Shown here: positions 50,642-59,713 of the stretch, piece after piece
Layout of the letters: every line of letters begins with the position of its first letter
Position numbering within the stretch: the first letter of the stretch is position 1
The notes under the pieces: model-generated
The model's database searches: none
Told to the model about the DNA's origin: nothing
The model's input: the letters and a program-made list of their open reading frames with translations, nothing else
Made by a program: the position numbers and the translations under genes
Assembly (NCBI GenBank): GCA_965222375.1
Contig: CBDCTZ010000016.1
Span: forward strand, 480,001 to 544,000
Direction: 5' to 3'
From: Polyangiaceae bacterium
Lineage (GTDB): Bacteria; Myxococcota_A; Polyangia; Polyangiales; Polyangiaceae
Length of the DNA stretch: 64,000 bases

Positions 50642-51403
50642 CTAGCGCCCACCTGAGTCGGCGCCAGACTCGACGCCGCGTATTTGACCTGGCTTCTCGG
50701 CGCGAGCGCTTCGTCGTTGGAAGAGCCAGAACGCCAGTCCGATCACCACGGCCGCCGCGCCCAAGCCAATCCATGTTTCTACGGAAGCACTCTTCATCCA
50801 GTCGAAGAGCGCCTCCCCGAAGTAGCTGATCAAGAGCAGCGTGGGCAGGTAGCCTGCCAAAGAGCCCCAGAAGTGCTTCGAGAAGCTCACCTTCGAAACG
50901 CCGAAGAAGGCGTGCAGCATCGGCGGCATCCAGAAGATCAAGCGCAAGATGAATACGGTGGCGAAGCCACGACGGGCCAGCGCATCCTCGTACTTGCGGA
51001 AGCGTTTCGGAATCAGCGCCGATACCGCGTCTCGGGCAACGAAGCGGGCAAAGGAGAATCCCACCACGCTCGCGGCCATGGTGCCCGTCATCGACAGAAC
51101 GAACGCGACCGGCCACGACCAGATCAATGGCGCGGCCATCACGAATACCGTCCCCGGAACACCGAAGGGTTGCAGCACTGTGTAGGCGACGATGAAGGCC
51201 AGGTAGCCCCAACCCCCAAGGCCGATCAGCGCTTGCTTCAGACGTGGCGGGTCCGCGAATTGCTCCAGGATCCCGAGCTGGTGCGCCGTCACAAGCATCG
51301 CGATCACGGCCAACACGGCGCCAATCCGTGCGTTTCGGAGCTGTCTTTGGGCTCGGGACAAGGCGAAGTTCGTAACACGCCGAAGCGCCGTCGGCCCGTG
51401 CAT
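50642..51403 (-). CDS. TVP38/TMEM64 (DedA/VTT) family membrane protein
   Basis: PGTVFVMAA, FSFARFVARD, GFATVFILRL, GVSKVSF..HFWGS..G.LP. Confidence 0.88.
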   Translation of the reverse strand: MHGPTALRRVTNFALSRAQRQLRNARIGAVLAVIAMLVTAHQLGILEQFADPPRLKQALIGLGGWGYLAFIVAYTVLQPFGVPGTVFVMAAPLIWSWPVAFVLSMTGTMAASVVGFSFARFVARDAVSALIPKRFRKYEDALARRGFATVFILRLIFWMPPMLHAFFGVSKVSFSKHFWGSLAGYLPTLLLISYFGEALFDWMKSASVETWIGLGAAAVVIGLAFWLFQRRSARAEKPGQIRGVESGADSGGR

Positions 51404-51547
51404 CCGAGTTCTTCGGCTATTGGTTTGGTGGGGTCGCATCCCTGGAGCGGCCCTCGGGCACTAATCTCGCGCTAGTGCGGGTGGTGCGCAGCCGCGCTGG
51501 GGCGGCTGTCGAGCCCAGCGTTCCACCGCTTCAGGAGGCCGCCGGAT

Positions 51548-53809
51548 TCAAGCGTCCTTCACGGCCTTCGCGCGCACCGAAGCCAGGCTGATCCCGCCGC
51601 GAGTTCGCACGGCAACTTTGAGTGCGTCGTCCTTCTCGTCTGCTGGCGTCCATTGGACCTCCAGACCCTCCCCGGCGATCCTCCCCAGAGCTTCCCAGCG
51701 CATGGTTGCGCCTTCAGGGACACCAGCCAGGCGAGCGTGCACGACCCCCTGCTTGGAAGTGGCAGCCAGCTCGATGTCGGGCGGGTCGAAAAGCGGAAGG
51801 TCTTCGCTTCTCTTGGCGCGGCGCACGCCCGTGTCCGTCCACTGATCGATGAGCTTGAGCTTGCGCTGCGTGGGGGAGTGTTCATTCAGGCTGAAACCCC
51901 CGTCCGGCGGGGGCGGATCGGCGACAAAGGAGTCGGGATCGATTCCAGCATCGGCAGGCGGCGGATCCGCGACGAAGGAGTCGGCCTCCACGCCCGCGTC
52001 TGCGGGCAATGGGTCGGCAACCATTTGGTCATCCTTCACATCGATGCCCGCATCCGCCGGTGGGGGGTCAGCGACAAACTGATCCTGCTTGCCGCCATCG
52101 GTGGCGGGACCTGGTCCGGAGCTTTCACCACCACAACCGAGCGCGGTCAAAGCCAGGGATGCACCCAAGGCGACGTTGGCCCCGAGATGGGGCCTCGGGC
52201 GAGCGCGATGAACCGGCCGCGGCTTGCGCATGCTCCGGGTGTAGAGATCGACCTCCTCGTAGAAGCCATCGAGTTCGTGCTGCCAAACCCGGTCGGCTTC
52301 GGCGATCTCGAGGCCAAGAAGAGCGGTCTGGCGTTCGATGTGGTCGAAGTCCGCCAAGTCCACTTGCTCCGCGAGGTCCACCACGCGCTCGAAGAACCGC
52401 GCGGTGTCGAGGGTGATGGCGCGGGTCAGAGACTCCGCGCGCTCGAGCAGGCGGCGATGGCGCCCGGCATCGTCGGGGCGGAAGTGCTCGATGAGCTTGG
52501 CTGCGTAGCCGACGCCCATGTAGCGGTTGGCGACTCCGTCGCAGCGGAAGTTTCGCTCGCGGAACACGCTTGCCGAAATGCGGAAACATAGTTCCGCTCG
52601 ATCATCGTCGATCCGATAGTTCCATCCCAGATAGCTACCGCCTATCTTGCCCGCCTCTGCCAGCTCCAGCTGCATCGGAGTTCCGTAGTAGGGTTCGGCT
52701 CGGCAGAAGTTCACCGGTTGCCTGGGGTGGGCGCGCATGAACGCGATGTTCTCGCGCAGGTCGGCCAGGGTTGCCTTGGGCTCGAATACCAACAGGTTGT
52801 AGCAAGCGAAGATCCCCGCGGCTTCACAGGCTTCCAGCGCACGAGCAACGGCCTCATGCTGCACGCCCCGATTCAAATGGTCAGAGCCACCCTCGGAGAC
52901 ATTTTCGACGCCTACGTACATCCGCACGACGCCGAGCTCCCGCAGTCGAGTCAACAACTCGCAGTTGACGGTTTCCGGTCGGCACTTGCCGATGAATCCC
53001 GCTTTTTCGATACCGTAGTCCGCCAGTCGATCGCAGATTGCTTCGATGCGGCGCAGGGAGTCCTCGGGCTTTGGCAGCAGAAAATTGTCGTCGTGAAAGC
53101 AGAACACGCAGGGCTCACCGAGGCCGAGGCTCAGCGCCGCCATTTCGTCCGCGACGTTCTCGGGACTGCGCATGCGAAGCAGAGTGCCCCCACCGTTCCG
53201 CTTTGCGTCGCGGTAGAAGGACGTGATCGAGCAGTAGCTGCAACTGCCCCAGCAGCCGCGGGACCCCATGATCGGTACGAAGGGCACACCAGCATGGCGG
53301 GAGGGCGCTCGGTAGCGCTTGGGGAACGGCAAGGCATCGAGGTTCCGGCAAAGGCCGCGACCCTCTGTTCGGTGGACACCTTCGGCGTCCCGGTACGCAA
53401 GTCCGGGGACGTCGCGGAGGGGGGTGCCTCTGCTCAACGCTCCTAGGAGTTCCGGAAAGGTCTCCTCAGCGTCATACATCGCGATGCTGTCGATGCCGTT
53501 GCCGCGGCGAAGGACTTCGTCAGCTGCCAGAGATGGAAACTGGCCTCCGGTCGTAATGTGGCCGCCATAGCCGTGGCGGCGCAACGAGCGGGACAGCGAC
53601 AGAAACTCGTGGGCTCGATGTTGAAACTGCATGCTGAGCCCAATGACGTCTGGCGCGGCCGCCGCGAGACCACGGGCGATCTGTCCGCGGTCCTTGGGGG
53701 AGTTGAAGGGGACGATGTCGACCTGGTGCCCCGCCGCCTCCGCCACCGCCGCGATCATCCCGACGCCCAGATTCTCCTCGAAATCGGCCCCGACGAGAGC
53801 AATGCGCAT
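51548..53809 (-). CDS. Cobalamin-dependent radical SAM enzyme with a fused C-terminal signal-like segment, VADP repeats and beta-rich domain
   Basis: GGAGG RBS; B12-binding N-terminus (ENLGVGMIAA...PDVIGLS...TGGQFPS); SRGCWGSCSYC; RSPENVADEM; FHDDNF; YVGVE. About 225-aa C-terminal extension in the same frame. Confidence 0.92.
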   Translation of the reverse strand: MRIALVGADFEENLGVGMIAAVAEAAGHQVDIVPFNSPKDRGQIARGLAAAAPDVIGLSMQFQHRAHEFLSLSRSLRRHGYGGHITTGGQFPSLAADEVLRRGNGIDSIAMYDAEETFPELLGALSRGTPLRDVPGLAYRDAEGVHRTEGRGLCRNLDALPFPKRYRAPSRHAGVPFVPIMGSRGCWGSCSYCSITSFYRDAKRNGGGTLLRMRSPENVADEMAALSLGLGEPCVFCFHDDNFLLPKPEDSLRRIEAICDRLADYGIEKAGFIGKCRPETVNCELLTRLRELGVVRMYVGVENVSEGGSDHLNRGVQHEAVARALEACEAAGIFACYNLLVFEPKATLADLRENIAFMRAHPRQPVNFCRAEPYYGTPMQLELAEAGKIGGSYLGWNYRIDDDRAELCFRISASVFRERNFRCDGVANRYMGVGYAAKLIEHFRPDDAGRHRRLLERAESLTRAITLDTARFFERVVDLAEQVDLADFDHIERQTALLGLEIAEADRVWQHELDGFYEEVDLYTRSMRKPRPVHRARPRPHLGANVALGASLALTALGCGGESSGPGPATDGGKQDQFVADPPPADAGIDVKDDQMVADPLPADAGVEADSFVADPPPADAGIDPDSFVADPPPPDGGFSLNEHSPTQRKLKLIDQWTDTGVRRAKRSEDLPLFDPPDIELAATSKQGVVHARLAGVPEGATMRWEALGRIAGEGLEVQWTPADEKDDALKVAVRTRGGISLASVRAKAVKDA
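51897..52084 (-). repeat. Four peptide-level repeats D[QS][FM]VADP[PL]P[AP]D[AG]G
   Basis: DQFVADPPPADAG / DQMVADPLPADAG / DSFVADPPPADAG / DSFVADPPPPDGG with 3-5 aa spacers; codons differ at silent sites. Confidence 0.92.
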
Positions 53810-53890
53810 GTGTCACCTCCGGTCCCTATCTTGGAACTGCTGGGGGGCGGCGCCTTGATCGACGTCAAGCTGCGTCGCCGGGCTCGCCGC

Positions 53891-54793
53891 TCAGCCCAAT
53901 TGCCCGGGCTCTTCGGCCAGCGGCGCCTTGGGGCGCAGCAGCAGTAGCACGCCGATAACGACCAGTAGCGCACCGGCAATGGTGAGCGGGCCGGGGATTT
54001 CGCCGAAGATCGCTGCCCCCCACAGGGCGGCGAAGATGATCTGCACGTAGCCGACGGTGGTCGCGCGACCCGCTGGGACCAGCGCGAGACCCTTGGTCAG
54101 CAGGACTTGGGAGACCTGTGTCGCAACGCCCAGCCCGAGCAACAAGAGCCACCCTTGCGTCGTTGGGTCCTTCCAACTAGCGATCGCGAAGGGGAGAGTT
54201 GCTGGCACGGCGACGACAGGGAAGTACATCACGATCACATGGGGATCATCGCTCAGGCGCAGGCGCCGTACAGTCGTATAGGCAAACGCGCTGAAGAAGG
54301 CACCGCCCAACGCCGCAAGCACACCGGCCGTAGGCAGGGGCGCTCCTTGCCCGAAGAGTAGACTTGGTCGTGTCACCAGCAGTGTACCGACGAGGCTGGC
54401 CAGAATCGCCAGCGGAAGTCTCCGGTCGACCCGCTCGCCCAGGAACACGAGTGCCACCAGCGTTGTGAGGATCGGGTTCAGGTAGTGGATGACCGTGGCT
54501 TCCGCCAGTGGCAAGTTCGCTACGGCGTAGAAGAAGCACGCCAACCCGCCGGTGCCGAGCATACCGCGTAGTAGCAGGAAGCGCCGGTTGTTCCCGAGCG
54601 GGGAGATCCCGCGGTGAAGCACCCATGCGGCACTCAGCACCAGGGTGACGACGCCTCTGGCGAGCACCAACATGGCCACGGGCAGTTCTTGGCCCGCGAG
54701 CTTCACGCACACGCTCATGACCGAGAAGCCGAGGGCACCCAAGACAAGCATGCCGATGCCACGTTGCTCGTCGCGAAGGGACACGCGGCGCAT
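53891..54793 (-). CDS. DMT/EamA family transporter
   Basis: Ten hydrophobic segments in two EamA halves; LPLAEATVIHYLNP, FLGER, IFGEIP. Confidence 0.92.
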   Translation of the reverse strand: MRRVSLRDEQRGIGMLVLGALGFSVMSVCVKLAGQELPVAMLVLARGVVTLVLSAAWVLHRGISPLGNNRRFLLLRGMLGTGGLACFFYAVANLPLAEATVIHYLNPILTTLVALVFLGERVDRRLPLAILASLVGTLLVTRPSLLFGQGAPLPTAGVLAALGGAFFSAFAYTTVRRLRLSDDPHVIVMYFPVVAVPATLPFAIASWKDPTTQGWLLLLGLGVATQVSQVLLTKGLALVPAGRATTVGYVQIIFAALWGAAIFGEIPGPLTIAGALLVVIGVLLLLRPKAPLAEEPGQLG

Positions 54794-54974
54794 TGTCGTC
54801 ACGTGCCTGGGCCAACTGTAAAGCAGGTCCAGGTGGCCATTGGTTATCGGAGCCGCAGTGAACCGCGGTTTGCGCTTCACAAAAACGAGCAAAAAAACCG
54901 GGAAATGCCCCGGTGTTCCACGTAGCGTGGGCGGGCACATGCTTTGCACAAGTGCCCGAACGGAGCACTAGGAC

Positions 54975-56093
54975 ATGAGGCGAGCTTTGGTGGGTTTTTC
55001 AGTATTGACTATGGGTGCGTTCGCTGTAGGTGCATGCGGCGGCGACAGCGATGGGAACATCAATGGTGGTAAGTCGATTCCGATCGATGACGTGGCACCG
55101 TTGTATGCCGACGCTTTGTGCACGGCGTTCGAGACATGTTCGCCGGAAGCGCCGATAGAGGCGTTCCTGAACGGAGAGGATTGTCGCAAGAACGCGGAAA
55201 CTGGCTTTGACGATGAGCTGGTTCGGATCAAGACTGCCATCGACGACGGCCGAGTCATCTACAAGGGCAACTTGATCCAGGCATGCATCGACGCGATCAA
55301 AGCTGCCGGCTGCGGGCTCAACGAGGAACCAGAAGAGTGCAAGGTCGCCGTCGTCGGCACGATCGAGGACGGTGAGGACTGTACTCTCGACACGGAATGT
55401 AAAGGCGACACTAGCTATTGCCAGGTCGAGTCGAGCTGCCCGGGCAAGTGTGCGCCAAGGGAGCCCGCAGGCGCTAGTTGCAAGCGCGACGATGATTGCG
55501 CCGTGGGGCTGCAGTGCTCGGACGAAACCAGCAAGTGCTTCACGCCAGCGAAGGACGGTGAGGCCTGCGAGGCTGGTGCTCCTGCGTGTGGGCCTGGCCT
55601 CTTCTGTTTGGGTCAAGACGATGATGCACAGAAACCCGGCACCTGCGCGGAGAGCTCGAAGGCTTTCGCTGGCGCCGAGGGAGATGAGTGCTTCATCGAC
55701 GGCAAGCCGCTGTGCAAGGGAGACCTGCGCTGCATCATCACGGGTGTAGACACAACCGCAGGCAAGCTGACTGCCAAGTGTGCCAAAGAGGTTGCGTCCG
55801 GGGCTGCGTGCAATCCGGGCTTGCCGGATCCCTGCCCCATCGATCAGTTCTGCAAGATCCCGCAGTCCAGTCCCCCGACCTTTGATGGCACTTGCACGGC
55901 GAAACCGGGTGCGAATGAGCCCTGCGGACAAGGCATAGGCGACGCCGATGTCTGCGCCGCCGACCACCGTTGCGATGGTGGCACCTGCAAGCCACGCCAG
56001 AAGTTGGGTGGGAAATGCAGCACGGACGATCTCTGCTACAGTGAAAACTGTTCCGGCGGGGCGTGCGTTCCTGGCGGAGGTTGCACGATTTAA
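54975..56093 (+). CDS. Cys-rich (Dickkopf-like repeat) lipoprotein
   Basis: Lipobox VGAC; repeated GxxC...CxxGLxC units. Confidence 0.85.
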   Translation: MRRALVGFSVLTMGAFAVGACGGDSDGNINGGKSIPIDDVAPLYADALCTAFETCSPEAPIEAFLNGEDCRKNAETGFDDELVRIKTAIDDGRVIYKGNLIQACIDAIKAAGCGLNEEPEECKVAVVGTIEDGEDCTLDTECKGDTSYCQVESSCPGKCAPREPAGASCKRDDDCAVGLQCSDETSKCFTPAKDGEACEAGAPACGPGLFCLGQDDDAQKPGTCAESSKAFAGAEGDECFIDGKPLCKGDLRCIITGVDTTAGKLTAKCAKEVASGAACNPGLPDPCPIDQFCKIPQSSPPTFDGTCTAKPGANEPCGQGIGDADVCAADHRCDGGTCKPRQKLGGKCSTDDLCYSENCSGGACVPGGGCTI

Positions 56094-56156
56094 TCGAAGC
56101 GGGAACCGGGAGCGGGCCTGTGCATCACAGCATGGGCCCGCACTGTATTTGGCGAC

Positions 56157-56753
56157 TTACTCGATGACTGGGAATGGAAAGACGTCCCACTGGTCCCGTT
56201 CCGGTCGATAGAACGCTTCAAATCCGCGGTACAGATGCGAATAGCCCTCGCAGATCAACAGACCGTTGATCTCCTTGGATGATTCGGTCGGTGCAGGTCC
56301 GAGGGGTTCGAAGTACGCACCTTTGTCGTAGCTCGACAGATCGCCGGGCAGGCTGTACAGGATCCGCACTTGTTGAGGAGGACACGGAGCACCCTGCTCG
56401 TTGACGGTGACCCAGTTCCGTCGGACCGCATCCTGCAGCACCGTCATGCGCAACTGCTCCACACGGGTGGGCTTGTTCGCCGCTGGGGCCACTGTGCTGG
56501 CTGCAGTGACACCGGGCAGGCTTCCTGAGGGGCCGGAGGCGGCTGGGTCCGAAGCGACCCGGGCCTGGGCTTCCGGTTGGGCCACGGGTCTGCGCGGCGC
56601 GGTACGGGGTGGGCGTGGCGACGGAGTCGCTTCCACGCCTCGGGCGCGGCTGGAGCTCGGCTGCTCCTGGCTGGATCGAATGACGGCTACCGCCGCGAAG
56701 ACGCCAAGCAGGATGAAGATCGAAAGAAAGTAGGCTTTGGGAAAGCGGTTCAC
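56157..56753 (-). CDS. Hypothetical single-TM protein
   Basis: N-terminal TM, Pro/Ala linker, small globular C-terminus; directly follows the MYXO-CTERM gene. Confidence 0.7.
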   Translation of the reverse strand: MNRFPKAYFLSIFILLGVFAAVAVIRSSQEQPSSSRARGVEATPSPRPPRTAPRRPVAQPEAQARVASDPAASGPSGSLPGVTAASTVAPAANKPTRVEQLRMTVLQDAVRRNWVTVNEQGAPCPPQQVRILYSLPGDLSSYDKGAYFEPLGPAPTESSKEINGLLICEGYSHLYRGFEAFYRPERDQWDVFPFPVIE

Positions 56754-56754
56754 G

Positions 56755-58302
56755 TCAGCCCTTTTGGCTTCGTCTTCGGCACAGCGGAATCAACCCGGCC
56801 AGCAGCAGCCAGGCTGGTGTCTTCGTCTCCCTGCTGCCCGTGGCGCGACACGCGCAGCCTTCTTCGCCGGAGCCAACGACACGGGTCCGCTGCCCCCCAC
56901 TCGTGCCACCAGTCTGCGCTGCTCCGATGCTGCCCGCGGTGTTCCACCCCCCCGCTGTCCCGCCGCCGCCGCCGGCGCCCCCGCTCGGCACGGAGAGGTC
57001 GTCGTCGATGATGTACACAGCGTCGCCAGAGCCTTGAACCAACACCGGGCGCTCGCGCAGTTTTGGCCCCTCGGGGAAGGCTTCCAAATCCGCCTTGGCC
57101 CACTCCACGATGCTGGAGGTGTCAAAGTCCCAAGTGGCCATTGCCGCCGAATCCACGAAGCGACGCACGTCCCCGTCGATCAGCCACGTCTTGCTCGCGC
57201 CGACGACCCGCACGAGTAGCGGCACATCGGGCAACACCCTGCCGGCGTCGATCGCGCCAAGAGCCGAATCGCTCAAGGGCATGACGTCCCAGAAATACGA
57301 AAACCCCCAGCTCTTGAAGCTATCCGAACCCACGACGTGCCGCTTGATACCGCTCGGGACCTTGGCTGTGCACTTCAGTGTGCCCGGGCTCTTGGCGAGC
57401 TGTGCGTTCGCACCACCCCCACTGTCTATTCCGTATGCGTGTACCGGGTGCGCTTGGCCATCGTGCAGGGAGAGAGGTGAGGCAATCTCGTAGCCGTGGG
57501 AGCAGGAGCCGATGGCGGAGCACAAATCGTCTCGTTTGATATTGGCTGTGATCGGAACGCCTTTGGCCTTTGCGTCGCCTGCCGGACCGCCGAAGTAGAG
57601 ATGCGCATCGATGGACTTCTTCGGCGAATCGGGATCCTGAGCCCAGCCCCAAACGCGGGTGCAGTTGGCGCCGTCCAAGTAGCCGATCGGTTTCTTGTTG
57701 GACGGCAACGCCGATGTCCAAAATGATGTCTGCTTCTTGGCGCCCGGCCACGACCAACTGAAATGCACGTGGTCCGTGTGGGGGTTGCTGCCGGTGTAGC
57801 TCTTCCAGCCCGCGGTCGCGCAGCTGGAATTCGGCGCTCGATAGGCACCCCAGATCTGCTTGTTCCAGATGAAGTACATCATCCCGGTCCGCCGAGCCAA
57901 TGCGCAGGCGTTGCCGTGTTCGTCTTTGGCCAAGAGCCAATCAATGACAGTCTTCGCGATATCGCGCTGGGTGCTGTTGTTGTAGTTGACCTTCCAGTCC
58001 CAGGCGCGACCTTCCTTGTGCTCGCTGGTGCCACCGACGCTGCAAGAGCGCGTGATGCCGTAGTCTCCGGTTACGGCATAGGTGTTCAAGATCAGGTTCT
58101 TGAAAGCGAGTACACCCGCTTTGGCCGTCGGGTCGCAGGTATCTTGCGCATCGTAGCTGGCGAATGCATCGATGCTCTTGGCAAAGCTCGGGGTCGGCGG
58201 CTTCGCTGCGGAGATGGCCTGCGGCGCCACTAGGCCGAGTGCCACGCCGATTCCGAGCGCCGCCGTGACGGGTGCCGAAGAGCGCGCTGAAGGAACGTAC
58301 AT
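56755..58302 (-). CDS. MYXO-CTERM surface protein with N-terminal peptidase M15/DD-peptidase-like Zn domain
   Basis: SEHKEGRAWDW...HTDHVHFS (H-x6-D and HxH); PIGYLDG..C..VWGWAQDPD module; C-terminal GCACR...WLLLAGLIPLCRRR. Confidence 0.82.
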   Translation of the reverse strand: MYVPSARSSAPVTAALGIGVALGLVAPQAISAAKPPTPSFAKSIDAFASYDAQDTCDPTAKAGVLAFKNLILNTYAVTGDYGITRSCSVGGTSEHKEGRAWDWKVNYNNSTQRDIAKTVIDWLLAKDEHGNACALARRTGMMYFIWNKQIWGAYRAPNSSCATAGWKSYTGSNPHTDHVHFSWSWPGAKKQTSFWTSALPSNKKPIGYLDGANCTRVWGWAQDPDSPKKSIDAHLYFGGPAGDAKAKGVPITANIKRDDLCSAIGSCSHGYEIASPLSLHDGQAHPVHAYGIDSGGGANAQLAKSPGTLKCTAKVPSGIKRHVVGSDSFKSWGFSYFWDVMPLSDSALGAIDAGRVLPDVPLLVRVVGASKTWLIDGDVRRFVDSAAMATWDFDTSSIVEWAKADLEAFPEGPKLRERPVLVQGSGDAVYIIDDDLSVPSGGAGGGGGTAGGWNTAGSIGAAQTGGTSGGQRTRVVGSGEEGCACRATGSRETKTPAWLLLAGLIPLCRRRSQKG

Positions 58303-58553
58303 TTGAGCGGTGGCCTCGGAGGGAGACGTGGCCCGAAGCGGGCCAGCGAAAGATCCGAGCACCTCACGTGCCAACCCGTAGTTGCGGGGAAAACCGGCGG
58401 AATGCGCCGCTGCGGCCCGCCAAGTGCAACCTCTTGGTGCCAACCTGCGGTTGGCACTCACTCCCTGGGATTGCGTGCAGGTAGTTGCGGCGGACGTGTT
58501 CATTCGCGCCTCTCGATGATGCGCTCCGGCGTCGAGCGCGGTACTCTTTCCTC

Positions 58554-59660
58554 ATGATGAAATGGGGAAGCTTGGCTTTGGGCATGTTGTTCTTGGTTGC
58601 AGCCTGCGGTGGTTCTGACGACGCAGGGCTCAATGGCACCGGAGGGAGTGACGCTGGTGTTGGGGGTGGCACAGCGGGAAGCGGCGGAGGCAGTTCTGGA
58701 ACTGGCGGCGGCACCGCGGGTAGCGGCGGCGGAACCGCGGGCATTGGTGGTGGCATCGCTGGCAGCGGGGGCGGCAGTGCAGGCAGCAGCGGCAGCTCCG
58801 GAAGTGGTGGCAGCGCTGGCAGCAGCGGCAGTTCCGGAAGCGGTGGTAGCGCAACGGGCGGCACGAGTAGCGGTGGCACCAGCAGTGGCGGCACGAGTAG
58901 CGGTGGCACCAGCAGTGGCGGCACGAGTAGCGGTGGCACCAGCAGTGGCGGCACGAGTAGCGGTGGCACCAGCAGTGGCGGCACGGGTGGCGTCATCAGT
59001 ACGGGCGGCACGAGCGGTGGCGGCACCGGTGGCGTCATTGGCACCGGTGGCACGAGCAGTGGCGGCACCGGCGGAATCATCGGCACGGGCGGCACGAGTA
59101 GTGGCGGCACCGGCGGAATCATCGGCACGGGCGGCGCGAGCAGTGGCGGCACTGGCGGAATCATCGGCACGGGTGGCACGAGCAGTGGCGGCACTGGCGG
59201 AATCATCGGCACGGGTGGCACGAGCAGTGGCGGCACTGGCGGAATCATCGGCACGGGTGGCACGAGCAGTGGCGGCACTGGCGGAATCATCGGTACGGGT
59301 GGCACCGGTGGCGGCGGAGTGCGAAACATCAACCCTGTTGGCTGTCCGCAGACCGCGCCCACCATTGGACACATCTGCACCAAGGCGGTGACGTGTTGCT
59401 ACGACACCCACAAGAATCCCTTCGTGTGCGCCATCGCGAACCCCGGAACTGGCGGTGCGACATCTCTTGGCACGTGGAAAGCGAACAACAACAAGGTTTG
59501 TTGCCCCAGCACGCCTCCAGCGAAGGGCAAGCAGTGCAACACTCCGGGCGCGATAACGTGCTGCTACGGTTCGGATATCAACGGGTTTTTCTGCAACGCA
59601 CAGCCCAATCCCGACGAATGGGATACCCGTGCCTGCGTCGCGATTGATCCCGGAGGCTGA
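58554..59660 (+). CDS. Gly/Ser/Thr-rich lipoprotein with two C-terminal Cys modules
   Basis: Lipobox VAAC; GGTSS and GGTGGIIGT repeats; two CP...P..G..C.....CCY modules. Confidence 0.85.
   Translation: MMKWGSLALGMLFLVAACGGSDDAGLNGTGGSDAGVGGGTAGSGGGSSGTGGGTAGSGGGTAGIGGGIAGSGGGSAGSSGSSGSGGSAGSSGSSGSGGSATGGTSSGGTSSGGTSSGGTSSGGTSSGGTSSGGTSSGGTSSGGTGGVISTGGTSGGGTGGVIGTGGTSSGGTGGIIGTGGTSSGGTGGIIGTGGASSGGTGGIIGTGGTSSGGTGGIIGTGGTSSGGTGGIIGTGGTSSGGTGGIIGTGGTGGGGVRNINPVGCPQTAPTIGHICTKAVTCCYDTHKNPFVCAIANPGTGGATSLGTWKANNNKVCCPSTPPAKGKQCNTPGAITCCYGSDINGFFCNAQPNPDEWDTRACVAIDPGG
58857..59310 (+). repeat. Coding VNTRs: 30-bp unit x4, then 42-bp unit x about 7
   Basis: (ggcggcacgagtagcggtggcaccagcagt)x4 followed by ggcggcac(t/c)ggcggaatcatcggcacggg(t/c)ggcacgagcagt repeats. 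Confidence 0.9.
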
Positions 59661-59713
59661 ATCTCGCGAATGCCCCATGGCCTAGGGCGCGGCTTGGCCT
59701 TACCCTCGGCAAC

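Noticed and set aside
52200..52270. Independent internal start (ATG at 52231) making the repeat tail a separate gene
   Set aside because: No stop precedes it in frame, and SD-like sequences lie about 1-2 nt or about 20 nt away. Not supported, though not excluded.
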